Origin: a virus
Reading direction: 5' to 3' (one strand)
Length of the DNA stretch: 64,000 bases
IMG/VR virus record: IMGVR_UViG_3300033153_010139
Location: 55,267 to 119,266 of that record
Below, one piece after another: positions 63,502-64,000 of this stretch. The translations under genes and the position numbers were made by a program. Under the pieces are notes generated by a model, which saw only the letters and a list, made by a program, of their open reading frames with translations, had not been told where the DNA came from and ran no database searches. How positions within the stretch are numbered: the first letter of the stretch is position 1; each line of letters opens with the position of its first letter.

Positions 63502-63726
63502 GTGGCCGTCTGCTACGAGTGCAACAAGCGCTTCTATGGGAGCCTTTGCGTGTACTGCGGGTGGGCGGCCGTTTACAAATGTTGGTCGTGCAAGGGTGAG
63601 GTGACTCCCGACGACGACCATTGTCGGCGCTGCGGCTGGTTCGAGTGCCCGGACTGCGGAAAGTGCGGGTGCGACAAGAGCCGGCCGCAGAGCCGCGAGG
63701 AACGTGGCGAGCATCTGGTCAGCTGA
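63502..63726 (+). CDS. Multi-CxxC zinc-ribbon protein
   Basis: Five CxxC pairs. Confidence 0.6.
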   Translation: MAVCYECNKRFYGSLCVYCGWAAVYKCWSCKGEVTPDDDHCRRCGWFECPDCGKCGCDKSRPQSREERGEHLVS

Positions 63727-63737
63727 AAGGAGAGGCG

Positions 63738-63914
63738 ATGAACAAGGACGAGCTGGGCAAACTCGGCGAGAAGATGCGGCGCATTGGCGCGGGGCTACAG
63801 AAAGCTCGCGCGGAGTGCGACGCCTACGACCGAGCGGATGAAGGCCGTATGGACAGGAGCAGCGTCATTCAGGCCATCGGCCTGCTCAACTCGATGGTCG
63901 AGGGCTGCGAGTAG
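63738..63914 (+). CDS. Small hypothetical protein
   Basis: AAGGAGAGG RBS, MNKDELGK. Confidence 0.55.
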   Translation: MNKDELGKLGEKMRRIGAGLQKARAECDAYDRADEGRMDRSSVIQAIGLLNSMVEGCE

Positions 63915-64000
63915 CACTCCGACGGAGCCCGCGCGCTCTTGATGGCCGCGGTGGACTGGCTGAGAGAGGAAGAAGACGATGGACCGCCGACCGCCCTTGG

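Noticed and set aside
1-64000. CRISPR array or DGR as an explanation for the repeats
   Set aside because: No regularly spaced DNA repeats and no reverse transcriptase; the tag repeats differ at synonymous sites, and the fibre duplication is not adenine-specific.

Overview
High-GC, densely coding segment of a large tailed-phage genome; no rRNA, CRISPR array, integrase or transposase is visible. 1-15.8 kb is a virion/tail-fibre module. 15.8-49.5 kb is an accessory region of small, mostly overlapping ORFs. It includes an ADP-ribosylglycohydrolase, phosphoesterase, DNA methyltransferases, dNK/TK, MoxR-VWA, radical SAM, GroES, an L7/L12 C-terminal domain, a tmRNA and an atypical tRNA. 49.8-61 kb is a replication module (initiator, beta-clamp, loader, DnaB, primase, SSB) plus a CobS/CobT-like pair. 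The main signal is a shared 10-residue helix, [S/D]-A-[V/I]-[D/E]-x-L-[A/G]-x-[L/V]-[A/V] ('SAVDRLAALA'), in about 32 otherwise unrelated proteins. In the 41.3-46.8 kb array this tag is fused to, or inserted into, what look like short fragments of conserved phage proteins: T4 gp23-type major capsid, gp21 prohead protease, tail tube and family-A DNA polymerase. This is a candidate undescribed 'tagged decoy/bait peptide library'. Other findings: a phage tmRNA with a long non-canonical tag, a tRNA with a 9-nt anticodon loop, an HNH gene overprinted inside an open methyltransferase frame, and a recurrent GGGTAGAAC promoter motif. All family assignments are by-eye motif recognition; no database searches were run.
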